64,000 nt of DNA, taken from Obrimoposthia wandeli. Taxonomy: Eukaryota. The DNA lies in the NCBI GenBank assembly GCA_977020255.1, contig CDROCS010002224.1, positions 372,001 to 436,000 on the forward strand, read 5' to 3'. The position numbers were made by a program, and so were the translations under genes. Under the pieces are notes generated by a model that was not told the origin of the DNA, did not search any database, and was given only the letters and a program-made list of their open reading frames with translations. Shown here one piece after another: positions 11,547 to 22,502 of this stretch; the first letter of the stretch is position 1; each line of letters starts with the position of its first letter.

Positions 11547-11874
11547 ATGAAGAAAATACAAAGAAGCATGCCCTATTTTAAAGCTTTGGTTAAAGCCTCT
11601 TTTATAAGAGAATGAGTATTCTTAAAGTATTTCCATCTTTTGTTGTATATGATTTATTGGAAGTTTTCTATACTATAGTTTTGGGTCGAGTAAAAGATGG
11701 AAACAGAAAAATGTATTAAAGAAATATAGAAAAACTCTTCTAGATATTGCTAATGTAAAAAGTAAAAAAAGGAAACGAAATATTATTCTTAAACAAAATG
11801 GTGGTTTCATAGGGGCTGTCATTCCAGTCGTTGCTTCAATTATCAGTAGTATTATAGCTGCGACACGATCATAA
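11547..11874 (+). pseudogene. Polinton virion core protein with adenain-type cleavage site
   Basis: Frameshifted. Basic body ends KRKRNIILKQNGGFIGAVIPVVASIISSII, the QxGG^F plus hydrophobic tail pattern seen in Polinton core proteins. Confidence 0.7.
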
Positions 11875-11960
11875 ACAATTATTTATAAAATCAGCTAAAG
11901 ATATGGGTGCTAACCCTTCTTTACCTAAATTTAAATTTTCTTTCTATTCAAATTGTTGTA

Positions 11961-12956
11961 ATGGAGAAGATATGGTTCAACCCAAAAGATCCAATTGGCT
12001 ACACAGGAGTTTCAAAATTAGCAAAAAGAACAAAACAAAATTACAAGAAAACGCAGAAATGGCTGAGCGACCAGTTAGCCTACAGTCTGAACAAGCCGAT
12101 GAGAAGAAGGTTTTCAACTAGAGCTTACAAAACCAGCGGTCCCAATAATTTATGGCAAATGAATTTGATGGAGATGATCCCTTATTCTTCCATTAATAAG
12201 GGATATCGATATATTTTAACATGTATTAATGTATTTAGCAGGTTTGCTCGTGAAATTCCAGTTAAAGCAAAGTCTTCAATACCTATGCTTGAAGCCATTA
12301 AAGAAATATTAAAATGGAACAGAATTTTATAATAAGCAAGTTCAATCATTATTTAAACAAAATAATATAAATCACTACTCAGTGTTTTCACAGTACAAAG
12401 CAGCAGTAGTAGAAAGATTTAATCGTACTTTAAGAGATCGAATAAAAAAGTATTTCACAAAAGAAGGAAATAAAAATGGATCCAAGTTTTACCTAAAATA
12501 ATACATGCATATAATCACTCGGAACATAGAGGTCTCAAGGGAATGAGACCTGTTGATGTTACTAATAAAAATTCTATGGATATTTGGATGAACAAGAATA
12601 AAAAAGAAAATATTAAAAAAGCTAAATATAAGAAAAACGAATATGTCCGAATTTCGAAAATTAGCTCTACTCCATTTATTAAAAACTTTGATCAGAATTG
12701 GAGCGATGAAATATTTTGTATAAGTAAAATTGATCAAAAGAGTAATCCAATAATGTATACTATTAAAGATGCTGACAATAATATCGTTCACGGTAAATTT
12801 TACGAGCAAGAACTACAAGTAATATCAAATAAACCTAGCGTTTTCCGTATTCAAAAAATATTAAAATCTAAGGGTGCCGGTAAACATAAACAATACTATG
12901 TTAAATAGCATGGTTATTCAGATCCAACTTGGATATCAGCATCTAATATAATATGA
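11961..12956 (+). pseudogene. Retroviral-type (rve) integrase with C-terminal chromodomain
   Basis: LWQMNL, YILTCINVFSRF, NGTEFYN, VVERFNRTLR, MRPVDV and YYVK*HGY...TW. Two Asp>Asn changes, deletion of the QTD motif, frameshifts and TGG>TAG. Confidence 0.93.
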
Positions 12957-14017
12957 AGTCTACGTATATGGTTTTATCTAGTAACGGATGCCCGAAGACT
13001 CAACCAGATAATTACGCTAGTAGCTTTATTTATCGATTGGGAAAATCCTATAAATCTCCAAGGAGAATGGGAAGCGGCTTTAACAGAATTTTCCTTTTAT
13101 TATTCTCCAATAACTATCAGAAAAAACTCACATATTTCGTTTACAAAAGACGTTAATCATGAAAAATCAATTGAAGTTGTGATTGGGTTTGATAGTAAAG
13201 GAAAATTCTATTACAATTGTATAGATAAAGAAGTGAAAGTAATATATGAAAAAAACAAAGTCAGATTTAAAAATAGACTAAAACATTTTTTAAAACCTAT
13301 TCAAATTATATTTGGATCTGATAGAGAAGCTCTTCAATTCGGGTTTGACAGTGGACATGTAGTAGGTATGAAGAGATCTGATATAGCCTCATCTAAATCG
13401 TTTAAAAATGTTCCTGATAGAGTAACAAAAGTGTTTTTAGTTGAAACGACACCAAAGTATGTAGTGGAACTGAAAATGTTTTCAAAAGATTATAAATTAG
13501 ATAGTGAAGTGAATTTCTGTAAATTAATACAGAAGGAATGTAGTGAATATTTCGATAAATGTGTAACATTAAAAAATGGTTAAATAACGTTTACAGTAAA
13601 GAGCAATATAATACAAGTTTTATTTGATGATAAACTCGCTAAAAACCTTAGTTAAACTGTAATACTTTTGAAACCCATACAATAAAAACCATAAAAGCTA
13701 AAAATAAGGCAAAACTTTTAAATGCTGTTAATCATTTATATATTTATACTAATTTAATAGAACCAACGCTTGTAGGAGGACAGCGAGTTCCACTTTTGAG
13801 AACAATATGGATATCTAAAAATGAAACTAGAGATGGGGACGCTGTCGGTATGTGTATAGATCAATCAATGTATCTTCCAGTTTCTCTCTTTTCTATAAAC
13901 AATATTGAAGTAAATATTAGAGATGATTCCGGACAACTAATAGATTTCACGTACGGGGCCAAGACAAGTTTAACAATACATTTAAGAAAACAAAATGGCG
14001 AATACAGCAATAATTGA
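12953..14017 (+). pseudogene. Minor capsid protein (penton, PX)
   Basis: N-terminal MVLSSN...P.NYASSF..WENPINLQGEWEAALTE. C-terminal YIYTNLIEPTLVGGQRVPLLRT...IEVNIRDDSGQLIDF...LTIHLR. Frameshifts and stops. Confidence 0.85.
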
Positions 14018-14372
14018 AGCTTATAGTCAAAGCCAACAAGGTGGAGAATTACCATATTTTGTTGGTAAACAATATGGATCTGGCTGGCTTAGAACATTAG
14101 GTAGATTTGCCTTTCCTCTTTTAAAGAGACTCGGGCGATTTATATCAAAATTAGGAAAGGATTACCTTTCATCTAAGGACAATAAACTAATACCAACTTT
14201 TAAGAAGCATGCGCTTGATGAACTTGATAATGTTTTACCTGAAGTTGCTAATTTGATTAGAAAACGTAAATCAAATAAAAACCAAGGAGGTAGTGGATTT
14301 AAAAGTAAAAAGAAGCAAAAAATCAATATAAACAAACGTAAGAATGTTGAAGGAACAATATTTGCAAAATGA
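13995..14372 (+). CDS. Virion core / amphipathic (adenovirus pVI-like) protein, 125 aa
   Basis: Intact. QQGG^E, QYGSG^WLRTLGRFAFPLLKRLG amphipathic helix and basic C-terminus. Sits directly upstream of the MCP. Confidence 0.75.
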   Translation: MANTAIIEAYSQSQQGGELPYFVGKQYGSGWLRTLGRFAFPLLKRLGRFISKLGKDYLSSKDNKLIPTFKKHALDELDNVLPEVANLIRKRKSNKNQGGSGFKSKKKQKININKRKNVEGTIFAK

Positions 14373-15599
14373 GTTGCGCCAAAACTGAATTGTGTATTTT
14401 TGATAAACCACTTCCACAAGTAGTTGTAGATAATGCTATCTTTGAAGAAATATTTCCAGTTAACTCAGTTTCAGGAACCACTTTAACCGATTTAGAATTT
14501 AATATTAATGGTTCCAATAGCGAGTATTTAGATTTGAATGATACTTTGCTTTATGTTCAAATAAAAGTACTAAATCGGGATCGTACTAATTTAGATGAAA
14601 ATGCTGATGTAACACCTGTAAATTATCTCTTTAATTCTTTATTTAGTGATGCCATTGTTACTCTTAATAATGTCAAAATTGAAGGTGGAAATTCTTCCTA
14701 TGCTCATAAAGCTTTGATTGAAAGTCTTTTGAATTATAGTACTGATACTCAAAATACCAATTTGGCAACCATTGGTTATGATAAAACGGTCGCAACTCGC
14801 AAAGAATGGATTGCGGGTTCTAAAGCTTACGAAATGTGTGGGTCTTTGAGATTGAATTTCTTTGAACAACCGAAATATTTAATTCCCGATGTTAATGTAC
14901 ATCTTCGTTTGAAACGTAATAAATGGAAATTTTCTTTGATAAGCACAGTACGTTCTAAAACCTAGACTTGATATTTTGGATGCAAAATTGTATGTCCGAA
15001 GAGTTAAAACCGAGCAATCAGTTTTAATGGCACATAATATAGGAATGGAAAAAAACAATGCTTGTTATCCTATTAGAGAAACTAAACTTATATCCTATTC
15101 TTTAGGTACGGGTACACAAGCTTTTAATAAGGATCAAATATTTGGTGATGTAAGATAACCGAAATTCATTTTAATTTCTTTTCAAAAAACTGCAAAGTTT
15201 CTAGGAAATTATACGACAGATGCAACTCAATTTGACAATCTTAATGTAGGTTCAGTGACACTTTCAAGAAATACTGATTATCGCGAAACATATAAGACAG
15301 ATTTCAAAGGTAACGCGTATGCTTTGGCTTATACGCAATCTATTATTCGGAATTTGGGTCAACTAGATAAAAATATAAACAATGATATTTCTTTCACTGA
15401 GTTTAAAAGCAGCTGACCCTTCTTCACATTTGTTTTGGCACCAGACTTTGATATAAACCAATGCCAACTACCAAAGGATGGAAATTTACGACTAGAAATT
15501 AAATTCAATGCAGCTTTAACACATGCTACTACGGTGCTTATTTACGGAGTGTTTGATTCCGAAATACAAATCAATAAAAACAGAACTGTCATATTATAG
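14369..15599 (+). pseudogene. Double jelly-roll major capsid protein (hexon, PY)
   Basis: MSCAKTELCIFDKPLPQ...LEFNING...YLDLNDTLLY, YAHKALIESLLNYS, F...APD and GNLRLEIKF...LIYGVFDSEIQINKNR. Frameshift near 14960 and internal stops. Confidence 0.92.
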
Positions 15600-15600
15600 A

Positions 15601-15981
15601 ATGAAGTAAGACATTTTTAAAATTTATATTTATTAATTTTTATTTAGTTCAGTACAAGTACAAGAATCAGCAGAGAAGGTCTTGGGTGATAAATTCAATG
15701 GAGTTTATCCTATTGATATGATTCCATTTTTTCAATCTGGAGGATACATTATCAATACTAATACTTCGAATTTACCAGGAGAACATTGGATAGCTATTTA
15801 TGTTAGAGAGTGGACAATACATGTATTTGATCCACTTGCAATGTATTATCCACACAAACTTGTTTCAACTATTCAAAAAGGACGAAGAAGAGTATTTTAC
15901 AACAAGATACAATATCAGGATCCTGCAAAGAGAAACTGTGGACATTTCTGTATTTTATGGTTATCGTTGCAAAATGATTAG
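15601..15981 (+). CDS. Adenain-type cysteine protease (maturation protease), two exons, apparently intact
   Basis: Join of 15601-15605 and 15648-15981 gives MNSVQVQE...FNGVYPIDMIP...IINT...PGEHWIAIY...FDP...QYQ...NCGHFC (His, Asp, Gln, Cys). 42-nt GTAAG...TTTAG intron. Confidence 0.9.
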
Positions 15982-16087
15982 TGTGTTATAAAAATTAAAA
16001 TTTTAAATGTTTTATTTTGAATTTTTTTTTAAAATCCCTAAAAATATAAGGGTAAAATAATAAAAGACATAAGACGAAATTTTTTTT

Positions 16088-16099
16088 AATAAATTTATT
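16088..16099. terminator. Bidirectional poly(A) signal (palindrome AATAAATTTATT)
   Basis: AATAAA on both strands, between the convergent protease and pPolB 3' ends. Confidence 0.5.
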
Positions 16100-16124
16100 A
16101 AAAACAACATCACAATGAGATCTG

Positions 16125-19035
16125 TCAGCAAAGATAAGGTCCATCCTAAAAAATGTTTTGAAATAACAAAAAGTTAGAGTCAAGGTGCCATAGGGATTTA
16201 AAATTTTAAAAAACTAGACTTACACTTTCAAATTCAGTTATGGGTGGGATTTCTGTAGTATTTTCTAAATCTGCAAAGGTTTTCGCAAATTTATACGGAA
16301 AAATCCCCTTATCATTAACCGAAGCTGAGAACACTGACTGTGTGATAGGCCTTGCATTTAAAGATGCCGTTAAATTTTTTAAAGACCCACTCAAAAACTA
16401 CAGAGAATCTATGAATCTTAAACTGCAGAATTCAGTATATGCAGTTAAAGATAAATATTTCTCTGAAGTTTGATGTATACATGAAATTTCCCAAGAGCTT
16501 AATGTACCCAACGCATATTTAAGTATATGATGTAAATGATATCCTCTGAGGTTATGAATCACGATGGTAATTCGTGGTTTTTAGGGAGACGACGCCCAAG
16601 GTTACAGAGGTTGCACACCGCTCCCAAGTATCGCCCCGTAACATGATCGTGATCTCTGACTAACTTAGACTGGGTTCCACACAAATAACATAATCTGCAA
16701 GAATTAAAATTAACCTAGTCTATGCCTGTCATGATCATTGCTTGATGAGCATTAAGATCATACCACGGTTTGACAATTGTTGTTCCTAATTCTTCTAATT
16801 TTAACATAAAATCTAAAATACAATTTGGACCGGAAAATTTATGAAACTGGGTAATATTGGGGCCTAAGAATAGTAGTCCTGCCGAAGCCGGTAGGTGAAT
16901 ACTCTCATACTGGTCGTGCAATGCTAAAATTGACTCAAAATCTGCATACACCCTGAATTCCACGGGTATGCATTTTACCCAATCCCTGAATTTTAAATCC
17001 TTATCCTTAGGCATGCTATATAGCGTATTGTCATCAGGATTCAGTGAACATAATGTCAGATGTTTGCTGTAAGAGAGCTCGGATCGGAATCCATGCAAAC
17101 ATATATGACACCACTTACACCTTATCCTAACCGGTAATGCTCCATTATCCAAATTTAGAAGACGATCTAAACTTGGAATTGCAGCATAACGGAATTTATT
17201 TTTCTGTTAGAACAAAAATAAGATGACCTGAGTCCCCTCATTTTTGCTCCTATAAATTACATCTACAAAAGGATTTTTAAATATTTCATCATCTGTTACA
17301 TTAACTGGGATATCAGTATTATATATGAATACATTAATACTCAAGTTATTAAGATGTTCAAATCTTGATATCGCAGTTAATTTAACAGGAAAATCTATTC
17401 CATGATACTGCAATTCATTTTAAAAAGGGGTATACTTACTTACACTCTCTCTATGTTCAGTAATTACACCCCTTTGGAGGATGGCCAACACGCTATACAG
17501 AAAGCAAAGGTTATCACTGTTTTGTATGTTAACAATGGAACGTGAAAGTTGAAGAGATCTAGGTGAAGGAATGTATGAACTCCCCGAAAGATATATCATG
17601 TCAGTGAACTTTGTTAGAACAAAGCTAACATCGTGAATTCTAACTAGATTCCATCCACTACTTAACTCGCTATAATTATCAATTTTTTCATCTAGGTTTC
17701 TTCCAATTTCAGTTACAAAATTATCATAGAAAACAGTTGCTTTATGTGAAATTACCCAAGTTTTAGTCTCCTCATTGACATTTTTAAACTGCACTGTTGC
17801 ACAAAATTGAACCATAGCCTGTCCTAATTTAGTCACTTCTGATTTTAAAAGATTTTCAATATTTGAATCTACACCTACGTTTAATAAAATTTCATTTCCT
17901 TATGGCACCTTAACTATAACATATTTATTATTTAGGTTATACTCTATAATAGCACCGTTTTCTCTACGTTTTTTTGGTGGGACCTTATTAAGAAATTAGC
18001 CTCGCCTCTTTCTTCCTACAGTAGCTGACAAACCTCCCCCTAATTGAACGGGAAGACAACTATTTATATTAACAGTTGAGGTGTAAGGTGCTGCTATTGG
18101 TGATGCTGCCGATGTTGAGGCAATCGCAGCTGATGTAGTAGATGCTGCTGTAGTAGATGCTGCCGCAGTTGTAGATGCTGCATTTGAGGTAGGAGCTGAC
18201 CTTGCCGATGAAGAAGCGGCTGTTGTAGAACATGATGCTGCTGAAAAAATATATTAAAAAATTAATATATTTTTAAATATTATGACCTTTAAGACGTGCT
18301 AACATCGCGATGTAGGCACTCGCGATGGGGGAGGCAAAGCTGTCGTAACGGATGACGGCTGTATCAGGGTATTTAAAAATATAAAGTAATAAAAATAAAA
18401 TATATATAATTACAATTTAAAAAAGAATCTGAAAAAATAAAATTAAAAAATACCTAATGAAGGCAATCCAACTGGAGCTGGAATGAAGTCCTCTTCATTG
18501 ATGGAATCCATCCAGCTGTCGTCCGTTATCTCGACGAAATCAGATTCCTCGATGGTCTCCAACCATGAGTTATCGCTCCATTGCTCTATCTCGAAATCTG
18601 ACTGGGATATGTCATTCATCCACTCATTGTTAGTCATTGGAGTGGATGGGACAGAATCAGGAGCCGGGAGACCAATCACAGGACTGTAAACGGGTTGATC
18701 GACTGCAACTGGAATTGGGGCAGGTGCGGCCTGCGAATCGCGCACCAATTGCACGATATCCCTCTTCTTGTTGTTGGCCGTGAAACACGATAGATGAGCT
18801 CGATGTTCACCGAAGAAGTCACGTAACTCCTTCTCCTCCATTGTTCTGCAGAAGAGGCAGACGAAGAAGTGAAGCCCGCGAGACTTTGTCCGATAGTAGG
18901 CGGACATTATCTCTATGCAGGTCTCTCCTCCATGCGGAGCCGAAGCACCACAATATGCTGGAAACAGGATACAAGTAATCTGAAATAATAAATATTAATA
19001 ATGAAATAATAAGTATAGATTCTTACCATAGTCAT
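16125..19035 (-). pseudogene. Protein-primed PolB gene: N-terminal extension, endonuclease VII-like and exonuclease regions; polymerase domain absent
   Basis: Exons 19027-19035, 18454-18979, 18287-18358 and 18240 to about 16224. Motifs SGWNL..I, GSSYIP...IVNIQNSD.LCFLYSVLA, GIDFPV...FE..N.LSINVF, C..CL.GF...H...C, VYADFES, VRDHDHVTGRY.GA.C..CN, HNLRGY, LRFIDS and FPY. The homology stops at IPPITEFES. Confidence 0.88.
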
Positions 19036-19236
19036 TATTTCAAATAGTCGGGGATTTTAATGAAGAAAGTGTTTGCTTATATACTAAAATTTATGCACAC
19101 ATGCTCTTTTCCTATTGGATTAAAAAAATTGAGAAGGATTGTTTATCTGTTAAATGGTCGAAAAATATATTTTTTATTACTCCAATCAAAAATAATTATT
19201 TGTAATTGAATGAAAATTATGAATTAGAAGAATTGT

Positions 19237-19722
19237 TTATCTACATGTCAAGTAATAATAAGATAGACTTAAACATTTTTTATATGCGCAATGGTCACCA
19301 TGATTACGATATGGACAGCAAATATTTTCTGGAATTTTTAATATATGATCAAGTGAAATATTTAAAGTATTCAATCTCAATTTGGGAAAATATTTTTTTA
19401 AAGTCTTATACTTTTTGCCATCCATTTCATCTAAAACATAAAAAATTCCATTTTCTATATCAAAATTAGATGTTATTGTATCGAAAATACATATTTCACA
19501 AAAAGCCTTATGTCCTTTCCATTTTAATAAATGAAAGTAATTTGTTAGATATAAATTAGTAAATTTTTTCTTATAATCTAAACTTTTAAACGGGATATCT
19601 ATTTGAAATATGAAATGCGAAGGATGAAAAACGTCGCATACATCCATAATACATAATTCTTTTATAATATAATCACCATTTTTGTTAATGAAAGCCTCAA
19701 AATCTATAATTTATTCTTGCAT
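19237..19722 (-). pseudogene. DEDD-family 3'-5' exonuclease-like accessory gene
   Basis: MQE*IIDFEAF....DYIIKELC...HFIFQ..., ending CPYRNHGDHCAYKKC. ATG 19722 is in frame with ORF 19237-19647. Upstream TATAAA and CCAAT. Confidence 0.7.
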
Positions 19723-19868
19723 AATTATCTAAATTTGCAGAAAATCCCGTTGTTTATAACGAAAAAATTTATTAAAATAACAAAGTACTTTCATGTTAAG
19801 ATTGGTATATATTGTCAATTCTCCTATAACATAACATAATCAATAAAGACAAAATAATAATCAAAATT

Positions 19869-20189
19869 TTATTTTTTTGTAGAAGGACCCTCTTCCGGTT
19901 TAATCTGGAGGATTCTCTTTCTTGCTGCTCGCCGAACATCCTCCATCTCTTCTCTTCTTTTTTCATCCACCTTCCTTTTTTCCAATTCGATCTTCTTATT
20001 CCACTCCACGATTCGACGGCGTTCTGCTAGCCTCCTATCCTGTATCTCCACCTGATGATTCCACTCGGTCGCGACAGAAGTATACAAATTTTGATTGAGG
20101 ACCCTCTTTCTTAAGTCCCCTTTCTTCTCATTTATTCTGATGTTTGCTTCAATCTTCGTTACCAGACTCTTCATTTTAATGAATTCCAT
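19869..20189 (-). CDS. 106-aa charged coiled-coil protein
   Basis: Intact E/K/R-rich ORF with upstream TATA and CCAAT. Confidence 0.6.
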   Translation of the reverse strand: MEFIKMKSLVTKIEANIRINEKKGDLRKRVLNQNLYTSVATEWNHQVEIQDRRLAERRRIVEWNKKIELEKRKVDEKRREEMEDVRRAARKRILQIKPEEGPSTKK

Positions 20190-20400
20190 TTTTTAATTAT
20201 GAAGAGGTTAATAAATTTGAACCTATATATATAAATTTAAGATATTTTTTAATCCAATTAAATGATATATTTTTATTTATAAAATGAGAGTTTAATAAAT
20301 CTATAACTTATCATTGCAAATAAACCTAATAAACTTAAAGATAGTATTTCTAAATTTTAATTTTTAAAAAAAATAAATATTAAGAAGAAAACATATGAAA

Positions 20401-22191
20401 TTAATTTTTATAAATTATATTCTTAAACATCTTTACAAAGTCATCATTGGGATCATCCTGATCGAAATCCCTCCGACTAAGTATTATTGGAGAAAGCGGT
20501 ACTGGTTCCTTCATATTTGGCCGGCGCGGTTTCTTTTTCGCCTTCACCGGTTCTTTTGTAGCAATTTTCCTTCCCTCAGGTTTTGGAAATAGTTGCCGCA
20601 ACTTTTTGGGAGGAGGTGCAGCCGATGTTGATGGCCCTGACATAGAAGTCCTCTTCCTCTTCTGCGGAGCTTTCTTCTGTTTCTCCTCCTTCTCACGCTG
20701 AAGCTGGAGTGAGATGGCATCCTGTTGGCCTCGCGAATCTGGAAGCATTGCCGGTGTATCCAGTTCCGCCAGGAATTCGTCCAATCCAGCTTCATCCCAG
20801 GCCCTCTTTAAGTTATGGCTGGTTGTTGGACGAGGAGAAGCCGGTGATGTCTCCTGCAGGCGTCGTTGACTTGATGGCAGACTAATCTCGATCGGTGAGA
20901 CTGGGATCCTTTCGTATAAAATTGGCCCGTCGTCCACTGGAGATGGGAGAATCTCCTGCCGTCCAATCACCGCCTCAGAATAATGGCAAATGAGGTGCTA
21001 CATTTTCTCGAGCGCCTCGTCTTCTTCACCTCTGCCCTCTTTGTCCGTTTCCGGGAGAAAGGAGTAATTTCTCCCCGAGTCTCCTCAAATATCTGGACGA
21101 GTTCCTGCAAAAATATTAATAAAATTTAAAAATATAAATAATTTACTTCAATGATGGGCAGGTTAGCCTGTTTCACCAACTTGGCCTTTTTCCGAGTGAG
21201 GGTTTTGACCCGATGACGTTGCGGTTTCTTAACTGCCGCTTGCTTCCTATCCACCGGTTGAATAGGCGTCGCCTCTTCGAGAATGTTCTCCATCTATGTG
21301 AATTATTAAATTTAATATCTAAATAATTTACCTTAAAATTATCTGGAGACGCTAGGTATCGGAGCTGACTCCTTGGCAGCTCTTGGCTGCATTGACTCGC
21401 CAAGTACTGCGGTTCAATCAGCCTCTCCGTCATGGTCACTGACGGTGCCATATCCAGTTGAAGTTTCTGAAAATGAAATTAAAAAACATTTAAAATAAAT
21501 GATGTCTAACCTCATTCGTCACTTTTATTCTCCTAACAGGAGATTTCGGCCTTTTGAATGGTTCAGGCGTTGTATTATCTGCTTTCAGAGTAGCAGAGGG
21601 AGTGAGACCATCCCAATCGTCGGTGAACAAGTGCCATTCGTCCTCGTCCAATTCTGCAACTATCGAATCGTTGGCTCCTGGGGCTCCGATACTTGGCTGT
21701 ATCCATTCGTCGATGAATGGAGTCAAGTCCTCCTCCCCATCCGACGGTACATCATCGGTGAACAGCTCCTCGTCTGAGTCTGGTGCGAGGACTTTCTCCG
21801 GCTGAGACAGCGGGATCAATTTCCATGGCCAGGATCTCCTTGCTGCTACTGCTGAAGTTGCCGGACGATTGGGTTTTGTGTTTTGCCTGGGAGTACAGTC
21901 TTCACAATTCTCAATCGGATCCTGACTAGTCAGGTCAATATATTGGGATCTCTGTACCCCGCCTCTCACGTCCATTGGTTCTTCTCTTGGAGTTGAGCTG
22001 GCCAATGAGGCTTCTTCTTCCAACAGGTTCGCTCTTGCTGCTGCTTCTCCTTCGCTCACCACCGATGAGTCTTGACTATCTAAGTCAATGTATTGCGACG
22101 GTGGTGGCGTTCGCTGCTGCACTGGAGAGAGATCCCCATAGAGTTGAACCTCCGTCTCTTCGTCTAGGTCAACGTTGTTGTAGAATGGCAT
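20401..22191 (-). pseudogene. Four-exon, low-complexity (acidic/Pro-rich then basic) regulator-like accessory gene
   Basis: Exons 21511-22191, 21332-21466, 21147-21293 and 20401-21104. GT-AG introns of 44, 38 and 42 nt, also present in the paralog at 3.5-4.5 kb. Two frameshifts relative to that paralog. Confidence 0.75.
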
Positions 22192-22502
22192 TGTTAATTT
22201 ATGAAAAATAATGAACGGAGGTATCTTTATATACACAAACATCTTACTAACTCTTTTTTATTGTCCAATGAGAGCCTCTTATTCAAATAATTTATTTTTT
22301 GTAATTTTTTCGTGCCTGGAGATAAAGAATGAAGCCCTAAGGGGTGGGTAGTGTATGTTAGGGTCTTGGGTATGACACGGGTCGTTTACATGTGTAGTTG
22401 TGAGGGGTAAAGTGATACTGTAACGCATGTAGTTGTAGTTATTTTCGTGAGAATAGAGCCCGCCACTAAAGGGGCGGGTGGTGGTCGGTGGGTGTTTCCG
22501 TA

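Noticed and set aside
16696-16715. Possible 20-nt intron in pPolB
   Set aside because: Reading straight through (GID*VNFNSCRLCYLC) fits the expected spacing, so it is a nonsense mutation.
19206-19469. Plus-strand 87-aa ORF
   Set aside because: It is antisense to the exonuclease-like gene, which has the motifs and a promoter.
7893-19722. Alternative genetic code (TAA/TAG read as amino acids)
   Set aside because: TAA, TAG and TGA also end genes normally. Frameshifts, deletions and an in-frame TGA co-occur. Expected residues differ (Glu, Gln, Trp), and one stop is GAA in the sister copy.
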